NCBI GenBank assembly: GCA_963663165.1
Contig: OY760175.1
Span: forward strand, 5,376,001 to 5,440,000
Reading direction: 5' to 3'
DNA length: 64,000 nt
Source of the DNA: an uncultured Desulfospira sp.
GTDB lineage: Bacteria; Desulfobacterota; Desulfobacteria; Desulfobacterales; Desulfobacteraceae
Position numbers and translations under genes: made by a program. Under the pieces are notes generated by a model. The model was not told the DNA's origin. It did not search any database and saw only the letters and a program-made list of their open reading frames with translations. Shown here piece by piece: positions 40,887 through 50,076 of the stretch (positions within the stretch are counted from its first letter, which is position 1; every line of letters begins with the position of its first letter).

Positions 40887-41759
40887 TTATTGAGGCTTGG
40901 CATACTCTCCGGTTGCATGCCTCAGATAAACAGCCAGTCCGTTTTTAAGCCAATTGCCGACATCGTGGTTAATCAGTTCCAAAGGTTCATGCCGCTTGTG
41001 GGTTGCTTTTTTGCCTTTGAATAAAAACTCCAGATAACCGACCCGCCGGATGCCGCCATGCCTGGCCCACCAGCTTCCTTCATAGATAAATGCCGTGGAC
41101 GGGCACCAGACCATACGCGTTTTCCCAAGAGAACGGCTGCGGTATTCATGGGTATGGCCTGTGGCCACCAGGTCGACCTGGTACGTTTTGAGCAGTTCAA
41201 TCAGTTTTTCGCGCGGTTCAGGGTACACGCTGTGCTGTCTGATCCCCTGGTCCGAGGGTTTCCACAAATACAACGGTTTATGGAAAAAAAGGGCAATGGC
41301 TTTGCCCTGCTGTTTTCCCTGGCTCAATGTCGATATCAGCCACTCCAACTGTTCTGTTTCCGCCAAAAGCCCGCTTCCGAACAAAAGGCCGTTGAGCCCG
41401 ATAAGCCGCCAGTCCGCTTTATCAAGGCACCAGTAATCCTGCCCGAAATGGTGCAGAAACCGATCGCGCCGCTGGTCGTTAATAATGTGTTCTCCCCTGA
41501 CATCGGGAGGGCAATTGCCCACATCATGATTTCCGGGTACAACCATAACCTGTGTCCGGATACGCTTGAGTTGCTGACTTGCAAATACCAGATCTTCTTC
41601 CATGTCTGCACCGTTAAAGGAGAGATCCCCGGTGCAGACCACAAGGTCAGGGTTCTGTTCATTAATCTTTTCTAAGACAACATCCCAGTTATGAAAAAAG
41701 TACGGTCTTTCACCACTCAGATGAATATCGGAGATCTGAATCAGCCTGAAAGATGACAT
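40887..41759 (-). CDS. Calcineurin-like metallophosphoesterase
   Basis: SDIH, GDLS, GNHD, GHTH. Confidence 0.9.
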   Translation of the reverse strand: MSSFRLIQISDIHLSGERPYFFHNWDVVLEKINEQNPDLVVCTGDLSFNGADMEEDLVFASQQLKRIRTQVMVVPGNHDVGNCPPDVRGEHIINDQRRDRFLHHFGQDYWCLDKADWRLIGLNGLLFGSGLLAETEQLEWLISTLSQGKQQGKAIALFFHKPLYLWKPSDQGIRQHSVYPEPREKLIELLKTYQVDLVATGHTHEYRSRSLGKTRMVWCPSTAFIYEGSWWARHGGIRRVGYLEFLFKGKKATHKRHEPLELINHDVGNWLKNGLAVYLRHATGEYAKPQ

Positions 41760-41769
41760 TTTTGTTGCC

Positions 41770-43038
41770 TTAATTGCCGGGCAGCAGTTTCTGCACGTCC
41801 TGGGCCATTTCTTTTAAGATCTTTTCCGGATCATCCTGCTTGGTAACGACCCGCTGCATATGATCCTTGATCACATCCGTGATTTTCAGGCCGTTCTTGC
41901 CGGGAAACGCATACCACTGGGTCATGATGGGAAGCTGCCGGACGCTTGCCATGTAGTTTGGGTTTTCTTTATAGAAGTTTCCTAAAAGATCCGGATCTTT
42001 GGGGGGGATTTCGTTACCGGCCATGTATCCCGTACTTTTTACCATATAAGTGGAGCCTATTTTGCCTGTGGCGAATTTGATATATTCCCAGGCCGCTTTT
42101 TGTTTCTTTTTGTCCTTGGTGTGAATAACAGCCATATTTCCCCCGGCCGGTACCTTGCTGTTTAAACTGTCTTCGGGAAGGGGGAATGTGGTGGTCTTAA
42201 GTTCAAACTTGTCGCCGACCATACGGGTCACGGCGCCAAGTTGAGATGTTGAGGTAATGTGTAAACCAATAGTGCCTGCTGCAAAAGACTGCCTGGACTC
42301 AGGCCGCGTAATATTGGGCATAGTGGTTTTTGTTACCATGTCACTTAGCAGGTTGATTGCCTTGATGCCTGCCTGACCGTCAAAGGCAACCTTTTTTTCG
42401 TCCTCGGTCAGCATGGTCCCGCCATTGGAAAAAACAAGGGCCTGCCACAGCCAGTTGCCAGTGATACTCCAATCAAAGTACATGCCAAAAACCGTATCCC
42501 CTAAGTTGTCAATTTTCTTTGCAAGATCAATCACGCCGTCCCAGGTCTTGGGCAGGTTGTCCGGATCACCGCCGGCCTGTTTTATTAGGTCCGCATTGGC
42601 GTACATGATGGGGGTTGATACGGCAAAGGCAAGCCCGTATTGTTTGCCCTGATGCCGGCCAAGGGAAAGTATGCTCGGGCTGTAGCCCTGCTCCTTCCAA
42701 TCCGTTTCCGCTTCAATAAATCCATCTAACGGTACAATCAGGTCACGATCAACAAAGATGCGGACCCGGTTGTGCCCCTGATAAGATACATCCGGCATAC
42801 TTCCTGTAATGGCGCCGCGCAGAACAATTTGAACACATTCCTCATATGCCTTTGCCGGTGCCAGAAACTTAATTTCCACATCCGGATGGTTTGCCATAAA
42901 TTCATTGGCAATTTGATGGTGTACATCCTTGAATACAAATGCTTTTTCATGCAGGACGGAAAGTGTAATTTTTTCTGCTTCCACAGTGCCTGAAAAAAGT
43001 AAAACCGCAAGGCCGATGGCAATCAATAGTTTTTTCAT
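41770..43038 (-). CDS. ABC substrate-binding protein (UgpB-like)
   Basis: Signal peptide, STPIMYAN, PKTWD, AAWEYIKF. Confidence 0.9.
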   Translation of the reverse strand: MKKLLIAIGLAVLLFSGTVEAEKITLSVLHEKAFVFKDVHHQIANEFMANHPDVEIKFLAPAKAYEECVQIVLRGAITGSMPDVSYQGHNRVRIFVDRDLIVPLDGFIEAETDWKEQGYSPSILSLGRHQGKQYGLAFAVSTPIMYANADLIKQAGGDPDNLPKTWDGVIDLAKKIDNLGDTVFGMYFDWSITGNWLWQALVFSNGGTMLTEDEKKVAFDGQAGIKAINLLSDMVTKTTMPNITRPESRQSFAAGTIGLHITSTSQLGAVTRMVGDKFELKTTTFPLPEDSLNSKVPAGGNMAVIHTKDKKKQKAAWEYIKFATGKIGSTYMVKSTGYMAGNEIPPKDPDLLGNFYKENPNYMASVRQLPIMTQWYAFPGKNGLKITDVIKDHMQRVVTKQDDPEKILKEMAQDVQKLLPGN

Positions 43039-43288
43039 GTTATCCCTTTCCAAAGGCGGCTATCCGTGTTCTTTCCAAGGAGGATGTCTCCCTCATTGCC
43101 GGAAAGCCTTTAATGATTAAGATAAATGGCTAAGACCCAATTAATAATGATATCCGCAAATAACGCATCCCTTATATAATCGGGAATGGTATATGTAAAA
43201 TTGATAGATTCGATCCAATAGGGGTAGCACATTTGTCATATCAATTGCTTTCGCCATGGTTTCAGGATTTTCAAGTTTCCTGTTTTTT

Positions 43289-45429
43289 TGACCAATCCTC
43301 TCTAATCGAGGCGGTGTTTCTGACAAAGGAGATTACCATGTCATCATTAATTTTCAATTCAGTCTCAATCCTCTCTAATCGAGGCGGTGTTTCTGACTGA
43401 ACGCACTCGCAGCCGCCCCCACCGTAGCAACAAGTCTCAATCCTCTCTAATCGAGGCGGTGTTTCTGACGGCCTTGGTAAATTATACGCAGACCGACAAG
43501 GGAGCCGTCTCAATCCTCTCTAATCGAGGCGGTGTTTCTGACTACATGGCCTTTGATCAGGATGGGATGGAAGATTATTGTCTCAATCCTCTCTAATCGA
43601 GGCGGTGTTTCTGACTGATGCTTCATTTCAAACCGACAAAGGCACGTTTGAGTCTCAATCCTCTCTAATCGAGGCGGTGTTTCTGACGACATAAACCATT
43701 TAGCTTCTGCGCAAGAATTGATTTTGTCTCAATCCTCTCTAATCGAGGCGGTGTTTCTGACGGAAGTATACAAAATATAGAAGAGCTTTGGAAATCGTTG
43801 TCTCAATCCTCTCTAATCGAGGCGGTGTTTCTGACCAAAAAAGTAGTTGAAAAATTTCCCCACATGACTAAGTCTCAATCCTCTCTAATCGAGGCGGTGT
43901 TTCTGACAAAAAATGGATGGAAAGAAGGAATTGCGTATGTGGGTCTCAATCCTCTCTAATCGAGGCGGTGTTTCTGACATGGACGAAACAGGAGGGTACG
44001 CGTTTGAAGGTGATTTGTCTCAATCCTCTCTAATCGAGGCGGTGTTTCTGACTGAGAAAAGTAGAATTTAAAAAAATGTACCAGAAGCGTCTCAATCCTC
44101 TCTAATCGAGGCGGTGTTTCTGACGTACCAGAAGCTGATGGAGCACATCGGCAAGAAGGTGGTCTCAATCCTCTCTAATCGAGGCGGTGTTTCTGACAAA
44201 AATTTAAGTAAGATTAACAAGCCCGGCCATTAATTTGGTCTCAATCCTCTCTAATCGAGGCGGTGTTTCTGACACAACTACAATTTCACCCATGATGAAC
44301 CTGAATCAGTCTCAATCCTCTCTAATCGAGGCGGTGTTTCTGACCGGCATCCGTCCTGGCGGCACTGGGGATTCTGCCCACGTCTCAATCCTCTCTAATC
44401 GAGGCGGTGTTTCTGACATCAGAAAACAAATCAACCGCAACTTATCTATCCAAGTCTCAATCCTCTCTAATCGAGGCGGTGTTTCTGACCGGGAACAGCT
44501 GTTAACTATCGAATTGGACGAATATGTCTCAATCCTCTCTAATCGAGGCGGTGTTTCTGACTGAAACTTTTTATCACAACCACCATCAGCCCTATGATGT
44601 CTCAATCCTCTCTAATCGAGGCGGTGTTTCTGACCTTGGCGTTCTGCAAGACCTGGAGCCCGAGGAAATTAGTCTCAATCCTCTCTAATCGAGGCGGTGT
44701 TTCTGACAAATTCAATTTTCAAGTACGTCCTTGGGGCCGTCAGTCTCAATCCTCTCTAATCGAGGCGGTGTTTCTGACTGAATTAAGATTTTTTTAAATA
44801 CATAACCATTTTGAGTCTCAATCCTCTCTAATCGAGGCGGTGTTTCTGACTTGAAATGTCAAAATTGTACATTACCACGACCATCAGTCTCAATCCTCTC
44901 TAATCGAGGCGGTGTTTCTGACACAGTTAAGAAAGAAATCTGTCCAGGAGTTAATGAAGTCTCAATCCTCTCTAATCGAGGCGGTGTTTCTGACTGTCCA
45001 GGAGTTAATGAAAATTGGCGAAAGTGGAATGTCTCAATCCTCTCTAATCGAGGCGGTGTTTCTGACCTTGACGGAGAGCTTTACAACCACGATATGAATT
45101 TGTCTCAATCCTCTCTAATCGAGGCGGTGTTTCTGACCTGGTGCGGAGAAGTTTGGAGATATTATCTTTATGAGTCTCAATCCTCTCTAATCGAGGCGGT
45201 GTTTCTGACTCGAATATTTAAAATAATCTCCTGTCAATTTCTCTCGTCTCAATCCTCTCTAATCGAGGCGGTGTTTCTGACTCTTTGTCTTTGGCTGGTG
45301 ACAAGGAATTAAGAGATAAAAGTCTCAATCCTCTCTAATCGAGGCGGTGTTTCTGACGTTCGATCTTGAAAGCGTCATAGCGGCAAATGCCGAGTCTCAA
45401 TCCTCTCTAATCGAGGCGGTGTTTCTGAC
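43289..45429 (-). CRISPR. CRISPR array 1: 30 repeats, 29 spacers
   Basis: 36-bp repeat GTCAGAAACACCGCCTCGATTAGAGAGGATTGAGAC (minus strand); spacers ~35-40 bp; degenerate repeat at the left (trailer), leader at the right. Confidence 0.99.
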
Positions 45430-45590
45430 TCTGGGTATCTGGAACCTTTGTCCGGCAAGGGTTTCCAAGGCGGTTTTGCCGGACCACCCCTGTTTTTGGG
45501 CTTTGGAAAAAAAGTTCCCACTTAAATTTATGCCGTTTTTAATACAACGCATTGATTTCAAAAGCAATATAAAAATGCCGGACCTCCTTG
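45430..45590 (-). promoter_or_regulatory. CRISPR leader 1
   Basis: Homologous to 59026-59182 (tctgggtatctggaac...ttttgccggacc...tataaaaatgccggacctc). Confidence 0.85.
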
Positions 45591-45660
45591 GGGCTGCCAG
45601 GGTCTGGGGTTGCCCTGTGTTGCCCGGAAAAATAACAGGTTGTCAAAGACCATATGGGCT

Positions 45661-46674
45661 CTAAAACGTCACCGGCTGATACCGGGCTTCTGTGCCTAAA
45701 AGATAGCCGGCAAAACAGCGGACCTGGGTCTGGATGGTGCCGCGAAAGGAGGCAGAACCCCGCATCAGCTCTTCATATGAGACAATAAAGGTCTTATAAA
45801 GGTGGGGCTTCATTTCAACGGGCCTGAGGGCGGCCATCTCCTTTTCATCTGCATAGGTTTTCATCGGGGTGTCCCGGTAATGGAAATCATCCGGCCGGAC
45901 CATTTTCCGATTCAGCAGGTTCAGCACAAACCGGTCGCCGATCAGGCACCGGTACTCCTCCACCAGATCACAGGCCAGGGAAGGCCGGCCATATGCAATT
46001 TCATGCAGGGTCCCCATATAGGGATCAAGCCCACAGCTTTTTATTGCGGATATCACCTCATTTGTCAACAGGGTATAAACAAAGGAAAGCAGGGCATTGA
46101 CCGGATCTTTGGGCGGCCGCCGGTTCCGGTTGGGAAAATGAAAATCCTTGTTCCGAATCAGCAGGTTAAATACGCTAAAGTAAATCCGGGAGCCCGCCCC
46201 TTCAAATCCCCGGACCGCTTCGGGGGTATCGGCCCGGTTCAGGCCGGCGGACAGCGACTTTAAACCGGCAGCCGCCGCCCCAATGCGCGGCTCTTTATAG
46301 TCCCGCCCCCGCCGGGCCAGGAACCAGGCCATGTTGGCCAGTTTTCCAGAGACAATGGCCTTCATCACCAAAAGCTTGAAGGCCGGTTCTTCAAGCCTTG
46401 TGTACTGGGCTTTGCGCAAGGCCACATGCTTGTGTTCATCAATCATAAGCCGGGCCCTGAACCGCCCGGCGGCCGTTAGGAATACGGTTTCCACCCGGTT
46501 TTGGATCAAAAAATCCATAACCGGTCCGCTCAGGGAGATGTTGCCGGTTAAAACCAGTTTATCCAGGCCCTTTGCCGGCAGGCTGTCCACCAGGTGCCCC
46601 TGCTTGACAATATCAAGGCTGGCGCCGTTCTTTTTAAGATACGCCCCCGGCTCAACCACGTACAGGGTTTCCAT
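45661..46674 (-). CDS. cas1: CRISPR-associated integrase Cas1
   Basis: RGFEGAGSRIYF, RNRRPPKDPVNALLSFVY, GLDPYMGTLH, SLACDLVEEYR. Confidence 0.97.
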   Translation of the reverse strand: METLYVVEPGAYLKKNGASLDIVKQGHLVDSLPAKGLDKLVLTGNISLSGPVMDFLIQNRVETVFLTAAGRFRARLMIDEHKHVALRKAQYTRLEEPAFKLLVMKAIVSGKLANMAWFLARRGRDYKEPRIGAAAAGLKSLSAGLNRADTPEAVRGFEGAGSRIYFSVFNLLIRNKDFHFPNRNRRPPKDPVNALLSFVYTLLTNEVISAIKSCGLDPYMGTLHEIAYGRPSLACDLVEEYRCLIGDRFVLNLLNRKMVRPDDFHYRDTPMKTYADEKEMAALRPVEMKPHLYKTFIVSYEELMRGSASFRGTIQTQVRCFAGYLLGTEARYQPVTF

Positions 46675-46690
46675 GCCGTAACCTCCGGTT

Positions 46691-48352
46691 CTATTTTAAA
46701 AATTTTTCCAGCTGGACTATGGCGGTTTTCATGTTTTCAACCGCATGGGCCAGGCTCTCTATTTTTTCACTTTTCACCATGGGGTCCGGGCCCACCCCGG
46801 CCCATGATTCAAGATGGACCAGGGGGTGCAGATACCCTGAGGCATCAGGCTCAATCCGGCAAAAGTCCCGGTCATAACCGGTCAGGGAGTGGATCCTGCG
46901 GCAGCCTAAAGGGGTGCCCCGGACCCGGCTGAGCTTATAATCCACCAGATGGGGATTGTAGTCCCGGGTGGTGGATAAAAGATAATGGAGCATGGCCTTG
47001 CCGCCGGGCAGAAATCCCAGGGTCTGGTATAAAATTTTCTCTTCACGCACCCCGATGCTGTGATGCTCCCGCAGCATGGCGGTCAAACGGCCAATGGCCG
47101 GGCACTTATGTTCCAGTTCAAACAGGTCGGGAAATTTTTTTTTCAAGGCCGTCATTTCAGGGTGCCAAATCAGTTTGGCGGCCTGGGCAGTCTGCATGTG
47201 GTCTGAAAGCCGGTCCGGATTAGACCGGGCAACCGTATTAATGAACTTAAGCTGGGCATCCACATCCTTTTGGGGGCAGTCCGGGAAAAAAGAGCGCCCG
47301 CCACTTTGCCGGTGAATGCCCAGGGGCAGCTTGACCAGGTTGCCCAGCCCTTTGCCGGACAAATGGTCCTGCTTGGGAAATACCTCCAGCTTAAAGCATG
47401 ACAGGTCCGGGGCCAGGCTGTCGCAGATCTCGGTCAGGGCCTGGCGGATCCGGCCGGCCGGAACCGGTGACGCCATGAAAAACCAGAAATGGTATCCTTT
47501 TCCCCCGCTGAACTCAATCACCGGGGACAGCCCCAGTTTTCCGGCAGCTTCGCTGATTCGCGCCGCCATGTAAGCCCGGTCTTTGCGGATCCGGCCCCTG
47601 GCCCGGGCAAGGTCCGGACCTCCGGCGCTGCGCAGTTCGGGAACCAGGTCGGCATCAATCACCGCACACTTGACCGTGGCATCTGTGTTCATCAGATAAA
47701 ACCCGTAGGTTTTGGTGCCTTTAAAATGGTCTTCCATATCCCCGCAGGTCACCGGCCGACGGACCGGGACATACCCGCAGGTGCCTTTTTGCCGGTCTGC
47801 CCACTGCCGGGCAAACACATCGGTCCGGGAGAAAAACAGATCCATAAACCCTGAGACCATTTGCTGCCGGGTATGCATTCGCTCAAAGGGCGCTGTACAG
47901 GCATCCAGGCCCGGGCCGGAGTTACTTTTTTCCGGACCGTTATAAACGCTGTGTACCCAGGACAGGGCCTTTTCTTTGCCCACATGGCCCTGGGCCCGGA
48001 GGAGAAGGGACGCCAGGGCCTTCTTTTGCCCCAAAATATCCAGGAGTTCGATCCAGGCCTGCCAGGCGCTTTCAAAGGCCGGATCTTTTGTGGTTAAATA
48101 TTTATAGATTTCCAGGGCCGGGTCCACGCATCCCGCGATCTGGGCAATCCTGGCCCACTGCATGGCCTGGTCAGGGGTCAGCCTTTGCCAAACCTCTGCC
48201 CTGCCAAGCACCTTTCGGCATTTGTCCGGGGCCTTATCTTCCAGAACTGCCTGTTCCAGCTGCCGCAACAAAAGCGTATAATCGGTGCGGCCCTGCCCGG
48301 GTGACCGGTTCCGGTCAGGGGCCGTTTGGGGGGCATGTAGCGATTGTTCCAT
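46691..48352 (-). CDS. CRISPR-associated primase-polymerase (CAPP, TPR-AEP-PriL type)
   Basis: N-terminal TPR-like region; AEP motifs VIDAD, FSGGKGYHFW, EVFPKQD, GNLVKLPLG; C-terminal Cys residues; directly upstream of cas1. Confidence 0.88.
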   Translation of the reverse strand: MEQSLHAPQTAPDRNRSPGQGRTDYTLLLRQLEQAVLEDKAPDKCRKVLGRAEVWQRLTPDQAMQWARIAQIAGCVDPALEIYKYLTTKDPAFESAWQAWIELLDILGQKKALASLLLRAQGHVGKEKALSWVHSVYNGPEKSNSGPGLDACTAPFERMHTRQQMVSGFMDLFFSRTDVFARQWADRQKGTCGYVPVRRPVTCGDMEDHFKGTKTYGFYLMNTDATVKCAVIDADLVPELRSAGGPDLARARGRIRKDRAYMAARISEAAGKLGLSPVIEFSGGKGYHFWFFMASPVPAGRIRQALTEICDSLAPDLSCFKLEVFPKQDHLSGKGLGNLVKLPLGIHRQSGGRSFFPDCPQKDVDAQLKFINTVARSNPDRLSDHMQTAQAAKLIWHPEMTALKKKFPDLFELEHKCPAIGRLTAMLREHHSIGVREEKILYQTLGFLPGGKAMLHYLLSTTRDYNPHLVDYKLSRVRGTPLGCRRIHSLTGYDRDFCRIEPDASGYLHPLVHLESWAGVGPDPMVKSEKIESLAHAVENMKTAIVQLEKFLK

Positions 48353-48388
48353 GATATCTGCTTTCTTGTATTTGTGTGAACCGGGCCG

Positions 48389-49759
48389 TCAATGTCTGAC
48401 CATGGCCCGGAGCCGGTCTATTTTGGGATAATGGTACGCTGCGCAGGATTCCAGCTCGGTCAGCAGCTGATCCGCCTTTCGTGTATCCCCGGCTTTAAAT
48501 GTGCAAAGGCTTTGCCAGAAAAGGCCTTCCAGGAAAGGGTTGCCGAATGTGGTGCTGAAAAAATCACAGGCCCGGGCCGCATGGGCCGCAGCCGCATCAA
48601 AATGGTCCAGCCGGTATTCAATTTTGGTCAGGCGGATCAGGCCCACATGCCGGGAACGCGAATCCTTTTCCACCACCCGGGTTAATATCTGCCTGGCCTG
48701 ATCAAACCGGCCTGCGGTACACAGTACGTCGGCTTCAGTCCAGCGGTAGTAGGGCCGGCGAATTTTTTCAGGCACATGGCCAATGGTTTCAAGGGCTTTA
48801 TCCACCTGCCCCAGGGCCAGATAGGTCCGGGCCAAAAGTTCGTGGATAAAATCCGTGGGCCGCCCTTTGCCGCTGCTTTGAAGGGCAAACATCAGTGCGT
48901 TCCGGGCCTCATCAAACCGGTCCAGGGCAAAATGGACCTTGCCCAGGGCGAAATACTTGAATCCCAGGTTGATATGGTTGGTCTGCTCATCTATCTTCAG
49001 GCAGCCGGTGATCCGGTCCATGGCCTTTTTGCCGTTTCCCAGGGCCAAAGAGAGGCTGGCGCTGCGGTACAGGGATTTAATGTAATTCTTTTTTTCCTGG
49101 TGGCGTTCCTCCCGCTCCCGGTCGGTTAAGCCTTCCCAGTTTGAGCAGGCTTTGTCAAAACAGGAAAGCCCCGGTTTGGGCTTGTTTTCAATCTGGGAGA
49201 AAAGCATGCCCTCCCGGTAAAAGTTGGTCACCGTGTCCGGCCGCAGCTTCTGGGCCTTTTGAAAATATTCGTGGGCCAGGGAGATCCGTTCAGCCCGGGC
49301 TTTCCCGGCCAGAAACACCTGTTTGTTTTTGGCGGCCCACAGACTATTGTACGCGGTATATGCCAGGGATGCGCAGGCCATGAAGTGATCCGGTTCCGCC
49401 GCCACGCAGGTCTTAAGTTCCTTGAGGGCCTCGTCAAACCGGCCCGCCTGGCCCAGGGCAAAGGCCACCTTCAGCCGCACCGGGCCGTCCATCTTCCCGG
49501 ATACCAGATCCGGCACTTTTTCGTCTACCGGATGGTACAGGCTTAGCAGATCATCCCACCGGCAGCCCCTGGACAACTCGTCAATGTCGGAAAGGACCTG
49601 GTTTCTGTTTTTTTTCATGTACCGGCCCGCGGCCACCCCGAAAAGCTCCCGGTCCGAGAACAGCTCTTTTTGCCCGGGTTCCGGTACCACTGTTTCCGGA
49701 CCCGGTGTTGCCGTCCGGACAGATCCGATAATTCTTGCTGCTGCCTGAAGTTCTACCAT
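48389..49759 (-). CDS. TPR-repeat protein heading the CAPP-cas1 operon
   Basis: Multiple TPR units (AFALGQAGRFDEAL, LGKVHFALDRFDEA, LARTYLALGQVDKAL). Confidence 0.85.
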   Translation of the reverse strand: MVELQAAARIIGSVRTATPGPETVVPEPGQKELFSDRELFGVAAGRYMKKNRNQVLSDIDELSRGCRWDDLLSLYHPVDEKVPDLVSGKMDGPVRLKVAFALGQAGRFDEALKELKTCVAAEPDHFMACASLAYTAYNSLWAAKNKQVFLAGKARAERISLAHEYFQKAQKLRPDTVTNFYREGMLFSQIENKPKPGLSCFDKACSNWEGLTDREREERHQEKKNYIKSLYRSASLSLALGNGKKAMDRITGCLKIDEQTNHINLGFKYFALGKVHFALDRFDEARNALMFALQSSGKGRPTDFIHELLARTYLALGQVDKALETIGHVPEKIRRPYYRWTEADVLCTAGRFDQARQILTRVVEKDSRSRHVGLIRLTKIEYRLDHFDAAAAHAARACDFFSTTFGNPFLEGLFWQSLCTFKAGDTRKADQLLTELESCAAYHYPKIDRLRAMVRH

Positions 49760-49819
49760 GATGGCCTCCTTTTACATCTAAACCATTTTGGGCTGGATAT
49801 TTGTTTGTCTGATATCCAT

Positions 49820-49846
49820 TACGGAGGCAGATTCATAAATTTTAAA
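49820..49846 (-). promoter_or_regulatory. Putative ECF-type promoter upstream of TPR-CAPP-cas1
   Basis: TTTAAA-N15-TCCGTA. Confidence 0.6.
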
Positions 49847-50076
49847 TTTTTAGCTGTAAATTAAATAAGTATTGACTTTCCCCTTGGACTTCTCAAACTG
49901 ATTGATGAAGAGTGCCGCCGTATTGGCGTGGCAAGGCAGGCATGGATTAAAATGGCCTGTGATGAAAGAATTCGCCAGATTAAAAAAGGCTCGGCCGCAG
50001 CCTGAAAACGTCAGCGTGTCAAAGTCACAACAGGGTTCGGACCGCTGTGAAAATACCCTGAACGCCAGGCTTTATT

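Noticed and set aside
43470..43651. Two spacers sharing the peptide QTDKG
   Set aside because: Only five residues with dissimilar flanks; could be chance.
43141..45664. ORFs with repeated SETPPRLERIE / VSILSNRGG peptides (also 58467-58850)
   Set aside because: Translations of CRISPR repeats.
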